64,000 nucleotides of DNA from an uncultured Verrucomicrobiae bacterium (GCA_963764165.1 CAVXRD010000002.1:3040001-3104000), one strand, 5' to 3'; counted from the first letter of the stretch, positions 9,614-19,580 are shown. Made by a program: numbers and translations. Notes: generated by a model not told the origin, from the letters alone.

Positions 9614-10564
9614 TCAAGTTTTTGACATCGCCGCCAAATGCGCGGACAGCCGTTCCAGCGTCTGATGCGCACCTTGGACAGCGCCGTGTTCTCGCACCGC
9701 GAAATCCCGCACTTCCGCCGTTGGAAAAATCATGTGGATGGTGACCTTGGTTTTGTTGCGTTCCGTGGTTTCGAAAGACCACGTTTGCCGAAGGGTGATT
9801 TGCCGTCCGTCCTGCTTTCCGCCAGCCATGGCGAGAACAATGCGCTCGGGCTTCACGACTTCCTCAAAGACGCTCTCGTTCGGATAATTCGTTCCATCCG
9901 GCCCGTGCATGACGTGCTTCCACGTGCCGCCGGGGCGGACGTCCATGATTTCCACCGTGTCGGAAAACCCCGCCGGCCCCCACCAATGAACAATGTGCTC
10001 CGGGTTCGTCATCGCTTCCCAGACAAGCTCTCGCGGGGCGTCAACTACACGCGAGATTACAAGCTCACGATCCTTCGTTCCGCTTTCCGCCGGAAGACTG
10101 CCCGCCAGCCGTTCCAAACTTTGCGTCATGCCAGCCTCGAACCCGCCGATGTATCTGCCCGCGCCCTCGGTCGTCTTCGTCACCTTGGAACGGAGCGTGA
10201 GCAGCGTCTTGCCGTCTTTCTCGATCAGCGTGAGGGACTGCAGGATCTCGAACATCAATTCGCCTTTTTCGTTGAGCGCGCCGCTGGTGAAAACGAGCTT
10301 TTCCGGCGGGGCAACTTCGAGGAATTTTCCACCCATCGGAAATTCAGCGCCATTGGGCGCGCGCATGACAACGCGGATGGAATTGCCCGGCTTGGCGTCC
10401 CATTGGCAAACGGGATTGGTGAAGCCGCGCGGCCCCCACCATTTCACCAGCATCTCGGGATCCGTCCACGCTTTGAAAACCAGTGCTCGCGGCGCATCGA
10501 ATTCGCGCGTGATGACAAATTCCTGTCCCAGACAATCGTTGGCGTGTTTATTTTCCATTTTCAT
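9614..10564 (-). CDS. Tandem SRPBCC (AHA1/START) domain protein
   Basis: Two repeats of ITRxFDAPRxLV..WWGPxGF..PEKLV..G..QxLERL. Confidence 0.9.
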   Translation of the reverse strand: MKMENKHANDCLGQEFVITREFDAPRALVFKAWTDPEMLVKWWGPRGFTNPVCQWDAKPGNSIRVVMRAPNGAEFPMGGKFLEVAPPEKLVFTSGALNEKGELMFEILQSLTLIEKDGKTLLTLRSKVTKTTEGAGRYIGGFEAGMTQSLERLAGSLPAESGTKDRELVISRVVDAPRELVWEAMTNPEHIVHWWGPAGFSDTVEIMDVRPGGTWKHVMHGPDGTNYPNESVFEEVVKPERIVLAMAGGKQDGRQITLRQTWSFETTERNKTKVTIHMIFPTAEVRDFAVREHGAVQGAHQTLERLSAHLAAMSKT

Positions 10565-10916
10565 TTTGTTCCTCTTTTGCTTCCTTGTTTTGAATTTCGT
10601 GCAAATAGGCCTCGAGGCGATCGAGGCGCTCCTCCCAGAATTGGCGGTACGTTTCGATCCATTCCTGCGCCTGTTTCATGGGCGCGGCCTGAAGTTTTAA
10701 CGAGTGGACTCGGCCATGGCGCTTCCGCTTGACCAAGCCAGCCTTCTCCAACACGCGAAGGTGCTTGGAGACCGCCGGCAGCGACATCGAATAAGGCCGC
10801 GCCAGGTCAGTAACGCACTGGTCTCCCTTGGCCAGATGCTCCAATATCCGCCTGCGGGTCGGGTCGGCCAGCGCGGCAAAAGTGCGGTTCAAAAAGCGCG
10901 ATGAACAGTTAACCAT
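10548..10916 (-). CDS. ArsR/SmtB-family transcriptional regulator
   Basis: FAALADPTRRRIL..VSKHLRVLEKAGLV; start moved to ATG 10916. Confidence 0.92.
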   Translation of the reverse strand: MVNCSSRFLNRTFAALADPTRRRILEHLAKGDQCVTDLARPYSMSLPAVSKHLRVLEKAGLVKRKRHGRVHSLKLQAAPMKQAQEWIETYRQFWEERLDRLEAYLHEIQNKEAKEEQNENGK

Positions 10917-10924
10917 ATGGTTAA
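10909..10924. promoter_or_regulatory. Perfect 16-bp palindrome, likely ArsR autoregulatory operator
   Basis: TTAACCATATGGTTAA centred on the ArsR start codon. Confidence 0.8.
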
Positions 10925-11226
10925 ATATCACCAACGCTCGGCTCCGTGGCAAGCGGAATCTCATGTCATTTCCGCAACCTTTTTGGCTCAGTTCCCGCCC
11001 CACCCCGGAAAGCCGCTCTTTTTGACAGGCAGAAACCAGCCCGGCGAATCTTTCGGGAAAATCCCCAATTGGCACGCGCATTTCTCCGGGTGACATTGGG
11101 CCCGAGGATGTTATGACAAACGCAATTGAGCAACGAATGACCCTGGCGGGAAAAATTGAATTTGCCTTCGCCCTGTTTTTCGATATAATGTTTCGCAATC
11201 CGGCGCGGAGTCAAAACAAGGTTAAT

Positions 11227-11682
11227 ATGCCTTCTAATAATAATTCCCATCAAAGGGAAAAGACGCACGACCTCGACATTGTGGGCCAATGGGCCGCGCG
11301 GAGAAAAATCCTTATCCTGGACGATGACGTGGCTTTTTCGGAAATGACCCGGATGCTGCTGGAACAAAACGGCTTCGAGGTGGATCTGGCGTCCGACGGC
11401 GTTCAAGGGATCAAGAAAATCATGGTCAGCGATTATTCCGCTATTCTTTGTGACATGGTGATGCCCAATCTGGCCGGAGACATGTTTTACATAGCGGTCG
11501 AGCGCGTGAAGCCCCACCTGTGCAAGCGCATCATCTTCATTACGGGCCACAAGGGTGACCGGAAGACCGAGGATTTCGTTCGCAAAGTCAAGGGCCTGAT
11601 TCTGTGGAAGCCCTTCAAGAATCATATTTTGATTGAAACGATTCAGGCCGTGGAAAAAAAGACCAGCGGCACCGCTGTTTGA
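11227..11682 (+). CDS. Stand-alone response regulator receiver protein
   Basis: ILILDDD, CDMVMP, FITG, KPF motifs; promoter TTGCCT-16-TATAAT at 11162-11189. Confidence 0.88.
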   Translation: MPSNNNSHQREKTHDLDIVGQWAARRKILILDDDVAFSEMTRMLLEQNGFEVDLASDGVQGIKKIMVSDYSAILCDMVMPNLAGDMFYIAVERVKPHLCKRIIFITGHKGDRKTEDFVRKVKGLILWKPFKNHILIETIQAVEKKTSGTAV

Positions 11683-11683
11683 T

Positions 11684-13393
11684 TCAGCCGCAAAATAGAG
11701 TCGTTTTCCGCATATGAACGGCATCAATCAGCCCTTGGTCTGTCAGCTTTAATTCCGGAATGGGCGACAGGCTCAGGAACGAGAGGGTCATAAACGGCGC
11801 GCTCAAATCGCAGCCCATCGCGTGCGCCGCCGCATTCAGCGCGTTCAGCCGTTCAATCACCTCCTCCAGCGGTCGATCCGATACGAGTCCGGCAATGGGC
11901 AACCCCAATACCGCGCGAGCCGCGCCATCAGCCACGGCAACCTGCCCTCCTTGCATTTCCTCAAGCGCGCGAATGGCCGCTAAAATGTCACGGTCATTCG
12001 TCCCGACCACGACGACGTTGTGGGCGTCATGGGCGACAGTGGAGCCAAGCGCGCCGTTGCGAAGCTTGAAACCGCGAACGAAGCCGACGCCGACATTTCC
12101 CGTGGCGCGGTGCCGCTCGACCACCACCATTTTCAAAATGTCGCGCGACACATCCGCCACCGCCTGCCCCGCTTCGACCCTCGCCAACGCAATCACTTCG
12201 CGCGTCACGATTTGGTCTGGCACGATTTCGATCACGCGCATTTTTTTCGGGCGGGCGCACTTCATCTGGATGCTGGCGGGCGTGTAATGCAGGTTCATCG
12301 TCCCGCGCGGCAGCGGAACAGCGGCGGCGGGGCGGCCAAGATATTTTCCATCCCGCGCCACGAGACGGCCTTTCTTGTAAACCTCGCGCACGCGAAAACG
12401 CTTCAGATCGTCAAATACAATAAAATCCGCCCAGAAGCGCGGGGCAATCGCTCCGAGATTCTGCAAACGATAATGCCGCGCCGTGTTGATCGAGGCGACT
12501 TGCAGCGCGGCCATCGGCGGCACGCCGTGCCGGATCGCTTCGCGGACAGCATGATCAATATGCCCTTCCGCGACCAGGTCGCTGGCCAGCTTGTCGTCAG
12601 TGGCGAAGGAGCAATTGGCGGAATTGTGCGCATTAATCATCGGCGCCAGCGCGGCCAGATTTCTTTCCGTGCTTCCCTCGCGCAGTAAAATGTGCAGGCC
12701 GAGCCGCAATTTCTCCCGCGCCTCCTCCAGCTCCACTGATTCGTGGTCCGACCGCACCCCCGCCAGCGCGTAGGCGTTGAGATTTTTGCCGCGCAGTCCC
12801 GGCGCATGGCCATCCACCGCCTTGCCTTTCCCGACCGCGATTTTCGCCAGCTCACTTTTAGCGCCCAGATAAACACCTGGATAATTCATCAACTCCGCCA
12901 CGCCCGCCACGCGGTCGTCCGCGATCATCAAGGCCAGGTCATCGGCGGTGATGCGCGCGCCCGCCGTTTCCAGATGCGTCGCCGGAACGCACGAAGGCAG
13001 CATGATGAAAAAATCGATCGGCAAATCCTTGCTCGATTCGAGCACGTAACGGATGCCGTCGAGCCCGAGGACATTGGCGTATTCGTGAGGATCAATAACG
13101 ACCGTCCCAGTGCCATGCGGCACGACGGCACGGGCAAATTCCGCCGCCGTCAATTGGGAGCTTTCGACATGAAAGTGGCCATCAATCAAGCTCGGGGCCA
13201 GATACGCGCCGCGCAGGTCAATCTTCTTGCGCGCCTTGTAATCGCCGATGCCCACGATGCGCCCATCGTCGACCGCCACATTGGCGTCATAAATCTCGCC
13301 GCTGAGGACATTGACGAGACGGGCATTTTTGAAGAGAAGTTCCGCGGGAACTTCGCCGCGGGCGATGGCTAATTTGTGCTGAACGTGTCGCAT
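11684..13393 (-). CDS. ade: Adenine deaminase
   Basis: DGHFHVESS, DPHEYANV, ELMNYPG, DGHAP, SDHE, FATDD, STVAHDAHN motifs. Confidence 0.95.
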   Translation of the reverse strand: MRHVQHKLAIARGEVPAELLFKNARLVNVLSGEIYDANVAVDDGRIVGIGDYKARKKIDLRGAYLAPSLIDGHFHVESSQLTAAEFARAVVPHGTGTVVIDPHEYANVLGLDGIRYVLESSKDLPIDFFIMLPSCVPATHLETAGARITADDLALMIADDRVAGVAELMNYPGVYLGAKSELAKIAVGKGKAVDGHAPGLRGKNLNAYALAGVRSDHESVELEEAREKLRLGLHILLREGSTERNLAALAPMINAHNSANCSFATDDKLASDLVAEGHIDHAVREAIRHGVPPMAALQVASINTARHYRLQNLGAIAPRFWADFIVFDDLKRFRVREVYKKGRLVARDGKYLGRPAAAVPLPRGTMNLHYTPASIQMKCARPKKMRVIEIVPDQIVTREVIALARVEAGQAVADVSRDILKMVVVERHRATGNVGVGFVRGFKLRNGALGSTVAHDAHNVVVVGTNDRDILAAIRALEEMQGGQVAVADGAARAVLGLPIAGLVSDRPLEEVIERLNALNAAAHAMGCDLSAPFMTLSFLSLSPIPELKLTDQGLIDAVHMRKTTLFCG

Positions 13394-13539
13394 ACCGCCA
13401 GAGGGACGGTAATGTGGCGCCGCCACCGAAGGAAGCATATTTTCCTGAGCGCGGACGCGAGCATGCGCTTTCAGAAATCCTGCATTCGTGGAAATCGTTC
13501 ACCGCCCATGAGATTTTGAAATTCGCCAAGAGTGGCAGC

Positions 13540-13605
13540 AGTGGCAGCGGCGTCCCGCCGCTGAGTTAAGAAGAAAAATAGAGCCGGGACGGCTCTCCCA
13601 CTTTC
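13540..13605. repeat. REP-like element
   Basis: AGTGGCAGCGGCGTCCCGCCGCTG...AGAGCCGGGACGGCTCTCCCACT. Confidence 0.75.
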
Positions 13606-13619
13606 GCGCTATCGGCCCC

Positions 13620-15524
13620 TCAAAATATTTTGCTGGTCAGGAATTTCCAGACCTGCACCTCAGCGCCCATGCGCACGAGGAAACGGTTTTGCTCGAAGGA
13701 GAATTCTTGGGGGGCCTGGTCGCGGTAGAAATCCCACAGCACTTTTCCGTTGCCGGGATCAATTCTGTAAATATGAAAATAGGTCGGCGCATCCTGCTGG
13801 GGGGCGTTCAATGCCTCGGCCAGGCCATTGGCCATCGCCACGCCGCCGCGATCCGCGCTGGCGCAATACAAGTATGGCCCCGAAAGAAATGCCGCCTGGC
13901 CGTGATTGGCCGATTGCCATAGAATTTTTCCGGACGCCGCATCCACCTTCAGCAGGAGCGCGGCCGCCTTGTCGAATTTGATTTGCTCCGAGTATTTGAT
14001 TTCGTCGGGGCTTTTGGACGTTGTATTGACATAAAGATTCCCGTTTCCATCCGGCTGGACTTTGCTGACCCCGACGCTGGTCAAACGCCAGCGGACTTCG
14101 CCGGCGGGCAGCGAGAACGCGGTCAGCACGCCCTCGTCATAGAAATACAAGCTGCCGCCCGCTTCGACGCCTGGCGCGGTGACGCGATCCCACATTTCGG
14201 CGCGGTAGCGCTCGTTGATGGGATAGGCGAGCCTGGCGTCGAATAATTTTTTGTTTGCCTTGTCGAACACGGCGAGCTGCTGCCCGGCCACCAAAAGATC
14301 CACCGTCTTCAACGGGAAAAATGCGGGGACGCCAATGACTTCTCCCGTCCACTCGGCGGGTTTGGCATCGCCAAGCCAGCGGCGGAGGGTGGTTTGGTAA
14401 CGGCTCTGGTCGATGCCTTTGACCCCGCCGGTCTGGCTGCGCTTGATGTCGTTGAAAACCTCCTCGGCCACATCGGCGGCGCTGCTGCCGGCGGTGAGGC
14501 TGCCGTTGATGTGAGTGGGGCCGCGCGGTTTGATGGCTTCTTCGTAAACCACTTTCGGCTCCAGCAGCTTCACCCGCAATTCCACCAGGTTCACGCCTGC
14601 CGAGAAGAATTCGCTGCTCATGGCGTCGAGCGGTTTGTTGAATTTCTGCTCCTCCAGCGCCTGCGACAGCAAAACGCCCGCGGTGGGCGCGACGTTTGAG
14701 GGAAGCTCGTTTGGCATGGCATGCTTTTCCGAGCGCGGAACGGAGATGTTCTCATTGGCAACGCCGCCGGATGCCAGATCGATTCGGCAAACGAGGCGGT
14801 TCGTTTCGTCCTTGGTGGAAACGATCAGCAAGTCCGTGTCGGAAGCGGTGAGGGTGGGAAATTCGCCGGCAATGGGAACGGTTTGTTTGACCACGCCGCT
14901 GGCGCGGTCGATGCGCACGACGCGATTTCCGAGGAAAACCCAAATGCTGTCTTTCGAATAATAGGTGCGCGCGGGCCAGGCTCCCCCGGATTTGTCGGAA
15001 TAATCAGCCGTCCACGAATCGCGGCTCGTATTCAAATTGTGATCGACGGCTTTGTTCGGATTGACAAGAAGAATGTTGTTGGTGTCCAAAAACCCGGTGT
15101 CCCAGCCCTGGTCTGGATTTGAGATTTTCACCGAATACTCGAGGCCCGGTTTGGAGCCGACGGCCTCGAACCAAATCCAATAACCCACCAGCGCGGCGAC
15201 GATCAGCGCGACGCCCGCCGCAATCCAGCCGATCATCCTGAATTGCGCCCGTTCCCGCTGGATTTTCCTCATGGCGGCGCCCGCAACCGGCAAGGGAGGG
15301 CGCGGCGCAATCGGAACCTGCGGCGCTTCACCGGGCGGCGCGGCGGCGGCTTGCATTCGGAGCTTCGGCTTGGACGATTCCGTTTCGGCGAGAATTTGAT
15401 TGGCCAGTTCGGTGCCATCTGCCTGGCAATTCGGGCATTGAACGGTGAATGGCATTCGGCCATCGACCGGTTCCACATCAAAGGAGTATTTGCTGCCGCA
15501 AGGGCATTGGACTTTGATGGTCAT
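13620..15524 (-). CDS. Zn-ribbon + TM + PQQ-like beta-propeller protein
   Basis: CPC..CPNC N-terminus, Pro-rich linker, one TM helix, propeller repeats (GEVRW, GKILW, GKVLW). Confidence 0.7.
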   Translation of the reverse strand: MTIKVQCPCGSKYSFDVEPVDGRMPFTVQCPNCQADGTELANQILAETESSKPKLRMQAAAAPPGEAPQVPIAPRPPLPVAGAAMRKIQRERAQFRMIGWIAAGVALIVAALVGYWIWFEAVGSKPGLEYSVKISNPDQGWDTGFLDTNNILLVNPNKAVDHNLNTSRDSWTADYSDKSGGAWPARTYYSKDSIWVFLGNRVVRIDRASGVVKQTVPIAGEFPTLTASDTDLLIVSTKDETNRLVCRIDLASGGVANENISVPRSEKHAMPNELPSNVAPTAGVLLSQALEEQKFNKPLDAMSSEFFSAGVNLVELRVKLLEPKVVYEEAIKPRGPTHINGSLTAGSSAADVAEEVFNDIKRSQTGGVKGIDQSRYQTTLRRWLGDAKPAEWTGEVIGVPAFFPLKTVDLLVAGQQLAVFDKANKKLFDARLAYPINERYRAEMWDRVTAPGVEAGGSLYFYDEGVLTAFSLPAGEVRWRLTSVGVSKVQPDGNGNLYVNTTSKSPDEIKYSEQIKFDKAAALLLKVDAASGKILWQSANHGQAAFLSGPYLYCASADRGGVAMANGLAEALNAPQQDAPTYFHIYRIDPGNGKVLWDFYRDQAPQEFSFEQNRFLVRMGAEVQVWKFLTSKIF

Positions 15525-16321
15525 GGCTGCGGCCCGAGCAATCGGACGTTGGGAGTGAACGTGAAATCCTGGCTGGCCTTTGGGCCGGAAAAAACGGCTG
15601 AGCCATCGCACGAAAGCAAATTTCCGCCCGCCTTGTCGTGGTTGGATCCCGGCCGCTTGCCATCCGCCGAGAAGATCGGCTGGCCTTTTCGTTTCGGCGC
15701 CGTGTTGATTTGCCAGTCGGACAAAAGCATGTCCTGCGCGCCGCCGTTGGTGGGCTGGCCCATGTAATAATCGTAGCTGATCCAGCGCCCGGCAAAAGAT
15801 GCGCCCGACGGCAGCGGCGAATCACCACTGCCGGGGCAAATGAAAATCGACGTGTCAGTGGTGCCTTTTGGCACCAGCAAGCTCAGCGGGTCCGAGGACG
15901 TCTTGGCTTTGGCGTCGAACGGGAAAGCCCCGTTGTCGTTCCGGTAGAAACCGATGGCGACATAGATTTTTTGAAGATTCCCGGCGCAGGCGGCCAATTC
16001 TTTTTTTCGCGACGAGCCCGTCAATTGGCTTCCGCCGATGGTCGCCAAAATAATAACGATCACCAGCACCAGCAGCATTTCGAGAAGCGAGAATGCGCCA
16101 CTAAGCCGGAGCGAACTAGTTGAAATTGGCAGCGCGACCGTCTCGATCGCCTTGGCCGGCGTCTCGCCGTCCAGTCTGACGATGAGTCTGCCAACACCGA
16201 TTGGTGGCTTGCCAGACGCCGCAGGGTTTTTCGGCGGGACGCCGAAAACGCCGACCGAGACGGTCGCGCCACCCTTCTTAACAGCATCGTTACGGCTAAC
16301 CGAATTTGCGGCGGTGCGCAC
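15521..16321 (-). CDS. Pseudopilin-like protein (prepilin N-terminus, H-X10-DG-like C-terminus)
   Basis: GA|FSLLEMLLVLVIVIILA; FICP; HDKAGGNLLSCDG. Start uncertain (GTG 16321). Confidence 0.75.
   Translation of the reverse strand: MRTAANSVSRNDAVKKGGATVSVGVFGVPPKNPAASGKPPIGVGRLIVRLDGETPAKAIETVALPISTSSLRLSGAFSLLEMLLVLVIVIILATIGGSQLTGSSRKKELAACAGNLQKIYVAIGFYRNDNGAFPFDAKAKTSSDPLSLLVPKGTTDTSIFICPGSGDSPLPSGASFAGRWISYDYYMGQPTNGGAQDMLLSDWQINTAPKRKGQPIFSADGKRPGSNHDKAGGNLLSCDGSAVFSGPKASQDFTFTPNVRLLGPQP
16127..16274. repeat. REP-like palindromic element within the pseudopilin ORF
   Basis: Arms GGCAGCGCGACCGTCTCGATCG / CGACCGAGACGGTCGCGCCACC with internal GGCGTCTCGCC and GGCGGGACGCC hairpins. Confidence 0.75.
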
Positions 16322-16332
16322 AGCATGAAATC

Positions 16333-16689
16333 CTACTGCGGCACGACGGTGACTTTTCCTTTGGCCGCATCGTAGTCGAATTTCATGCCAACGGGCGGGT
16401 TCGGGAGCGCGCCGAGATATTGCTTGGCGACCAGTTCGTTCAGGTCTTTGGGATTGCGGCCTTCCTGGACATTGAAGAGCTGGATGTTTTGATTCAGCGC
16501 TGTCAAATCAACAACTTTGACCGCCGATTGCTGGCCTTTGACCATCGCCCCAACGTATCCGCCCGGCGCGCCGGCTGGAGTGGCGGATGGCGTGGACGCC
16601 GGTGGAGGCGGAGGCGGTGTTTGTTCTTTGCCGCAGCCTCCCGCCATGACGGCGGCGGCAACCAGCATCAGTCCGCAACAAGTCTTCAT
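16333..16689 (-). CDS. Small lipoprotein, Pro-rich linker
   Basis: Lipobox-like MAGGC after hydrophobic stretch. Confidence 0.75.
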   Translation of the reverse strand: MKTCCGLMLVAAAVMAGGCGKEQTPPPPPPASTPSATPAGAPGGYVGAMVKGQQSAVKVVDLTALNQNIQLFNVQEGRNPKDLNELVAKQYLGALPNPPVGMKFDYDAAKGKVTVVPQ

Positions 16690-16735
16690 GTGGCAAAGTT
16701 ATGCCTGTGCCGTGAAAAAATCAATCGCCGGGGGG

Positions 16736-16795
16736 CCACGGATTAAAACAGATTTTGATTTATCTGTGTTGATCTGCGTCAATCTGTGGCTCTTT
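16736..16795. repeat. Imperfect hairpin of ACAGAT/ATCTGTG tandem-unit type
   Basis: CCACGGATTAAAACAGAT..ATCTGTGTTGATCTGCGTCAATCTGTGG. Confidence 0.55.
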
Positions 16796-16853
16796 GGGCG
16801 GGAGACGTTTTTTCAGGCTCGCCTGACGCTCCCAACCAAAGTTTAATGCTGCC

Positions 16854-19580
16854 ATGTTGACACGCCTCCAAACGACATTGCTCAGCCTGGCTTTGTTGAT
16901 AGCCGGCCTGTGGAATCCCGCGACGCGAGCGGAAGACGCGCCGCAGCGGATCGATTTGGATTCTGATTGGAAACTGTCTTCCTCCAAAATCAATGCGTCC
17001 GGCGACACCATTTCCACCGCCGACTTTAAGCCGGCAGGCTGGCAATCCACCACGGTGCCTTCCACTGTCGTTGGCAGCCTGGTCGAGAGCGGCCACTACA
17101 CCAACCCCTTCTTCGGGACAAATCTCCGCTCGCTGCCCGGCATGAGCTATCCCATCGGGGCAAATTTTTCCCTTCGTGAAATGCCGACCAACAGCCCTTT
17201 CCACGTCTCGTGGTGGTACCGGCGGGAATTTCAATTGCCGACGCCGAGGATTGGCCAGGTATGGCTTCATTTCCTCGGGATCAATTATCGCGCCAATATC
17301 TGGCTGAACGGGAAATTGATTGCCAGCGACAAGGAGGTCGCGGGCGCCTACCGGACGTATGAATTCAACGTAACCGACGCCGTGGCGCCAGCCTGGAAAA
17401 ATGTGCTGGCGGTCGAAGTCTTCCCGCCGGAACCCGACAACCTCGCCTTGACGTGGGTGGATTGGAACCCGGCCCCGCCGGACAAAGACATGGGACTATG
17501 GCGCGAAGTTTATTTGACAACGACGGGGCCGGTGGAGATTCGCCATCCGCAAATCGTCACGAAGTTGAACCTGCCCGCGCTCACTGAAGCCGCCCTGACC
17601 GTTCGCGCGGAATTGCACAATGCCACCGACAAAGCCGTGAGGGCGACGCTGCAGGGGCAAATTGAGTCGGTGAATTTCAAGCAAACCGCGCAACTCGGCC
17701 CGCATGAACACAAGGAAATCGTCTTTGCGCCGGACACTTACACACAACTCGTTTTCTCCAATCCGCGTTTGTGGTGGCCGACGGAGATTGGTCCGCAAAA
17801 CTTGCACAACGCGGAGTTCACCGTGCTCGTTGACGGCAAAATTTCCGACACGAACACCGTTCAATTTGGCATGAGGGAGGCCACGTCGGAACTGGACGCC
17901 AAGGGCCATCGCGTTTTCAAAATCAACGGCCAGCCGATTCTGATTCGCGGCGGCGGATGGGCGCCGGATATGTTTCTTCGATCATCCGCCGTGCGCGAAG
18001 CGCAAGAGCTGAGTTACGTGACGGACATGCACTTGAACGCGATTCGTTTCGAGGGAAAAACGGAGAGCGACCGTTTTCTTAATACCTGCGACGAACTTGG
18101 CATCATGGTCATCGCCGGTTGGTGCTGCTGCGACTTTTGGGAAAAATGGCCCAAGTGGAAGGACGTTGATTACGAAATCGCCAAGGATTCGTTGCGCGAT
18201 CAAACCAAGCGCATTCGCAATCACCCCAGCGTCATCACATGGTGGTATGGCAGCGATAACCCGCCCAACGAACGCGCGGAGAAAAATTATCTCGATGTCT
18301 TCAAGGAGGTTCACTGGCCGAACTCCTTCCAATCGTCCGCTTCAGGCGCGAAGTCGCCGGTGGGCGAGAAGACGGGAATCCGCATGACCGGCCCCTATGA
18401 ATACGTGCCGCCGGTTTACTGGTACGTTGATAAGAAAGCGGGCGGCGCATACAGCTTCAACACGGAGACAAGTCCCGGCCCGGCCATTCCGGTGATCGAG
18501 AGCCTGCGCGAGATGCTGCCGCCCGAGCATCTGTGGCCCATTGATGACGTGTGGAGTTTTCATTCCGGCGGAGGGCCGTTCAAGCACCTGGATATTTTCA
18601 CCGAGGCGCTTGCCAAACGCCTCGGCGCGGCAACCAACGTGGAGGAATATTCGCGCAAAGCTCAGTTCATGGCTTACGACGGGGAGCGCGCGATGTTCGA
18701 GGCTTACGGACGAAATAAATTCGATTCCACCGGCGTGATTCAGTGGATGATGAACAACGCCTGGCCCTCGATGATCTGGCATTTGTACGATTATTACCTG
18801 CGCCCCGGCGGCGGCTATTTCGGCGCGAAGAAAGCCTGCGAGCCGCTGCACATCCAATACTCCTACGACGACCGCTCCATTGTCATCGTCAATAATTATT
18901 TTTGGGATTTCTCGAATTCCGTCGCGACGGTTAAAATTTACAACTTGGATGGCGCGGAAAAATTCTCCCAAAAAATCACAACGAATGTGCTGGCAGCGAC
19001 AAACGTCCGCCTCATGACCCTGCCCACACCGGAAGGATTGAGTTCCGTTTATTTTGTGCGCCTCGAGTTGGCGGACGAGCACGGTGAAATGAAGAGCCGC
19101 AATGATTATGCGCTTTCGCTCCAGCCGGACACGCTCGGCGAGCCCAAGGAAGGATCGGATTGGTATTACACGCCGACCAAGCAATTTGCCGACTTCACGG
19201 CGTTGGAAAAGATACCACCGGCAAAACTCAAAATAGGTCTGGTTGTCAACGAGGACATGGCTGATGAAGCCGTCATTTCCGTGCAGAATGCATCAAAGAC
19301 TCCCGCGTTTTTTCTGAGGTTTCAAATTTACACGAATGCGGTCAATTCGATGGGAAATGCGAGAGATATTAATCCGGTATACTGGAATGACAATTTTGTA
19401 ACAATTTTCCCAGGCGAGACCCGCACGATGATTGCGAAGCACAACCTCAAAGCGGCTAAAATGCGGAGTTACGATATCATGTTTGCTATCGAAGGATGGA
19501 ACGTTAGTCCAATCTACACCAACGGCCTCGACGATGGAACTTCTCGCATTAAATGGGGGGGGACACCCATGCCGCCTTAA
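16854..19580 (+). CDS. Secreted GH2 glycoside hydrolase, exo-beta-D-glucosaminidase (CsxA)-like
   Basis: Signal peptide; WVDWNP, IRGGGW, RFEG, GWCCCDFWE, RNHPSV..GSD, FNTETSPG, QWMMNNAWPS motifs. Confidence 0.88.
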   Translation: MLTRLQTTLLSLALLIAGLWNPATRAEDAPQRIDLDSDWKLSSSKINASGDTISTADFKPAGWQSTTVPSTVVGSLVESGHYTNPFFGTNLRSLPGMSYPIGANFSLREMPTNSPFHVSWWYRREFQLPTPRIGQVWLHFLGINYRANIWLNGKLIASDKEVAGAYRTYEFNVTDAVAPAWKNVLAVEVFPPEPDNLALTWVDWNPAPPDKDMGLWREVYLTTTGPVEIRHPQIVTKLNLPALTEAALTVRAELHNATDKAVRATLQGQIESVNFKQTAQLGPHEHKEIVFAPDTYTQLVFSNPRLWWPTEIGPQNLHNAEFTVLVDGKISDTNTVQFGMREATSELDAKGHRVFKINGQPILIRGGGWAPDMFLRSSAVREAQELSYVTDMHLNAIRFEGKTESDRFLNTCDELGIMVIAGWCCCDFWEKWPKWKDVDYEIAKDSLRDQTKRIRNHPSVITWWYGSDNPPNERAEKNYLDVFKEVHWPNSFQSSASGAKSPVGEKTGIRMTGPYEYVPPVYWYVDKKAGGAYSFNTETSPGPAIPVIESLREMLPPEHLWPIDDVWSFHSGGGPFKHLDIFTEALAKRLGAATNVEEYSRKAQFMAYDGERAMFEAYGRNKFDSTGVIQWMMNNAWPSMIWHLYDYYLRPGGGYFGAKKACEPLHIQYSYDDRSIVIVNNYFWDFSNSVATVKIYNLDGAEKFSQKITTNVLAATNVRLMTLPTPEGLSSVYFVRLELADEHGEMKSRNDYALSLQPDTLGEPKEGSDWYYTPTKQFADFTALEKIPPAKLKIGLVVNEDMADEAVISVQNASKTPAFFLRFQIYTNAVNSMGNARDINPVYWNDNFVTIFPGETRTMIAKHNLKAAKMRSYDIMFAIEGWNVSPIYTNGLDDGTSRIKWGGTPMPP

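Noticed and set aside
9638..10732. 364-aa plus-strand ORF
   Set aside because: Antisense to the well-supported SRPBCC/ArsR genes.
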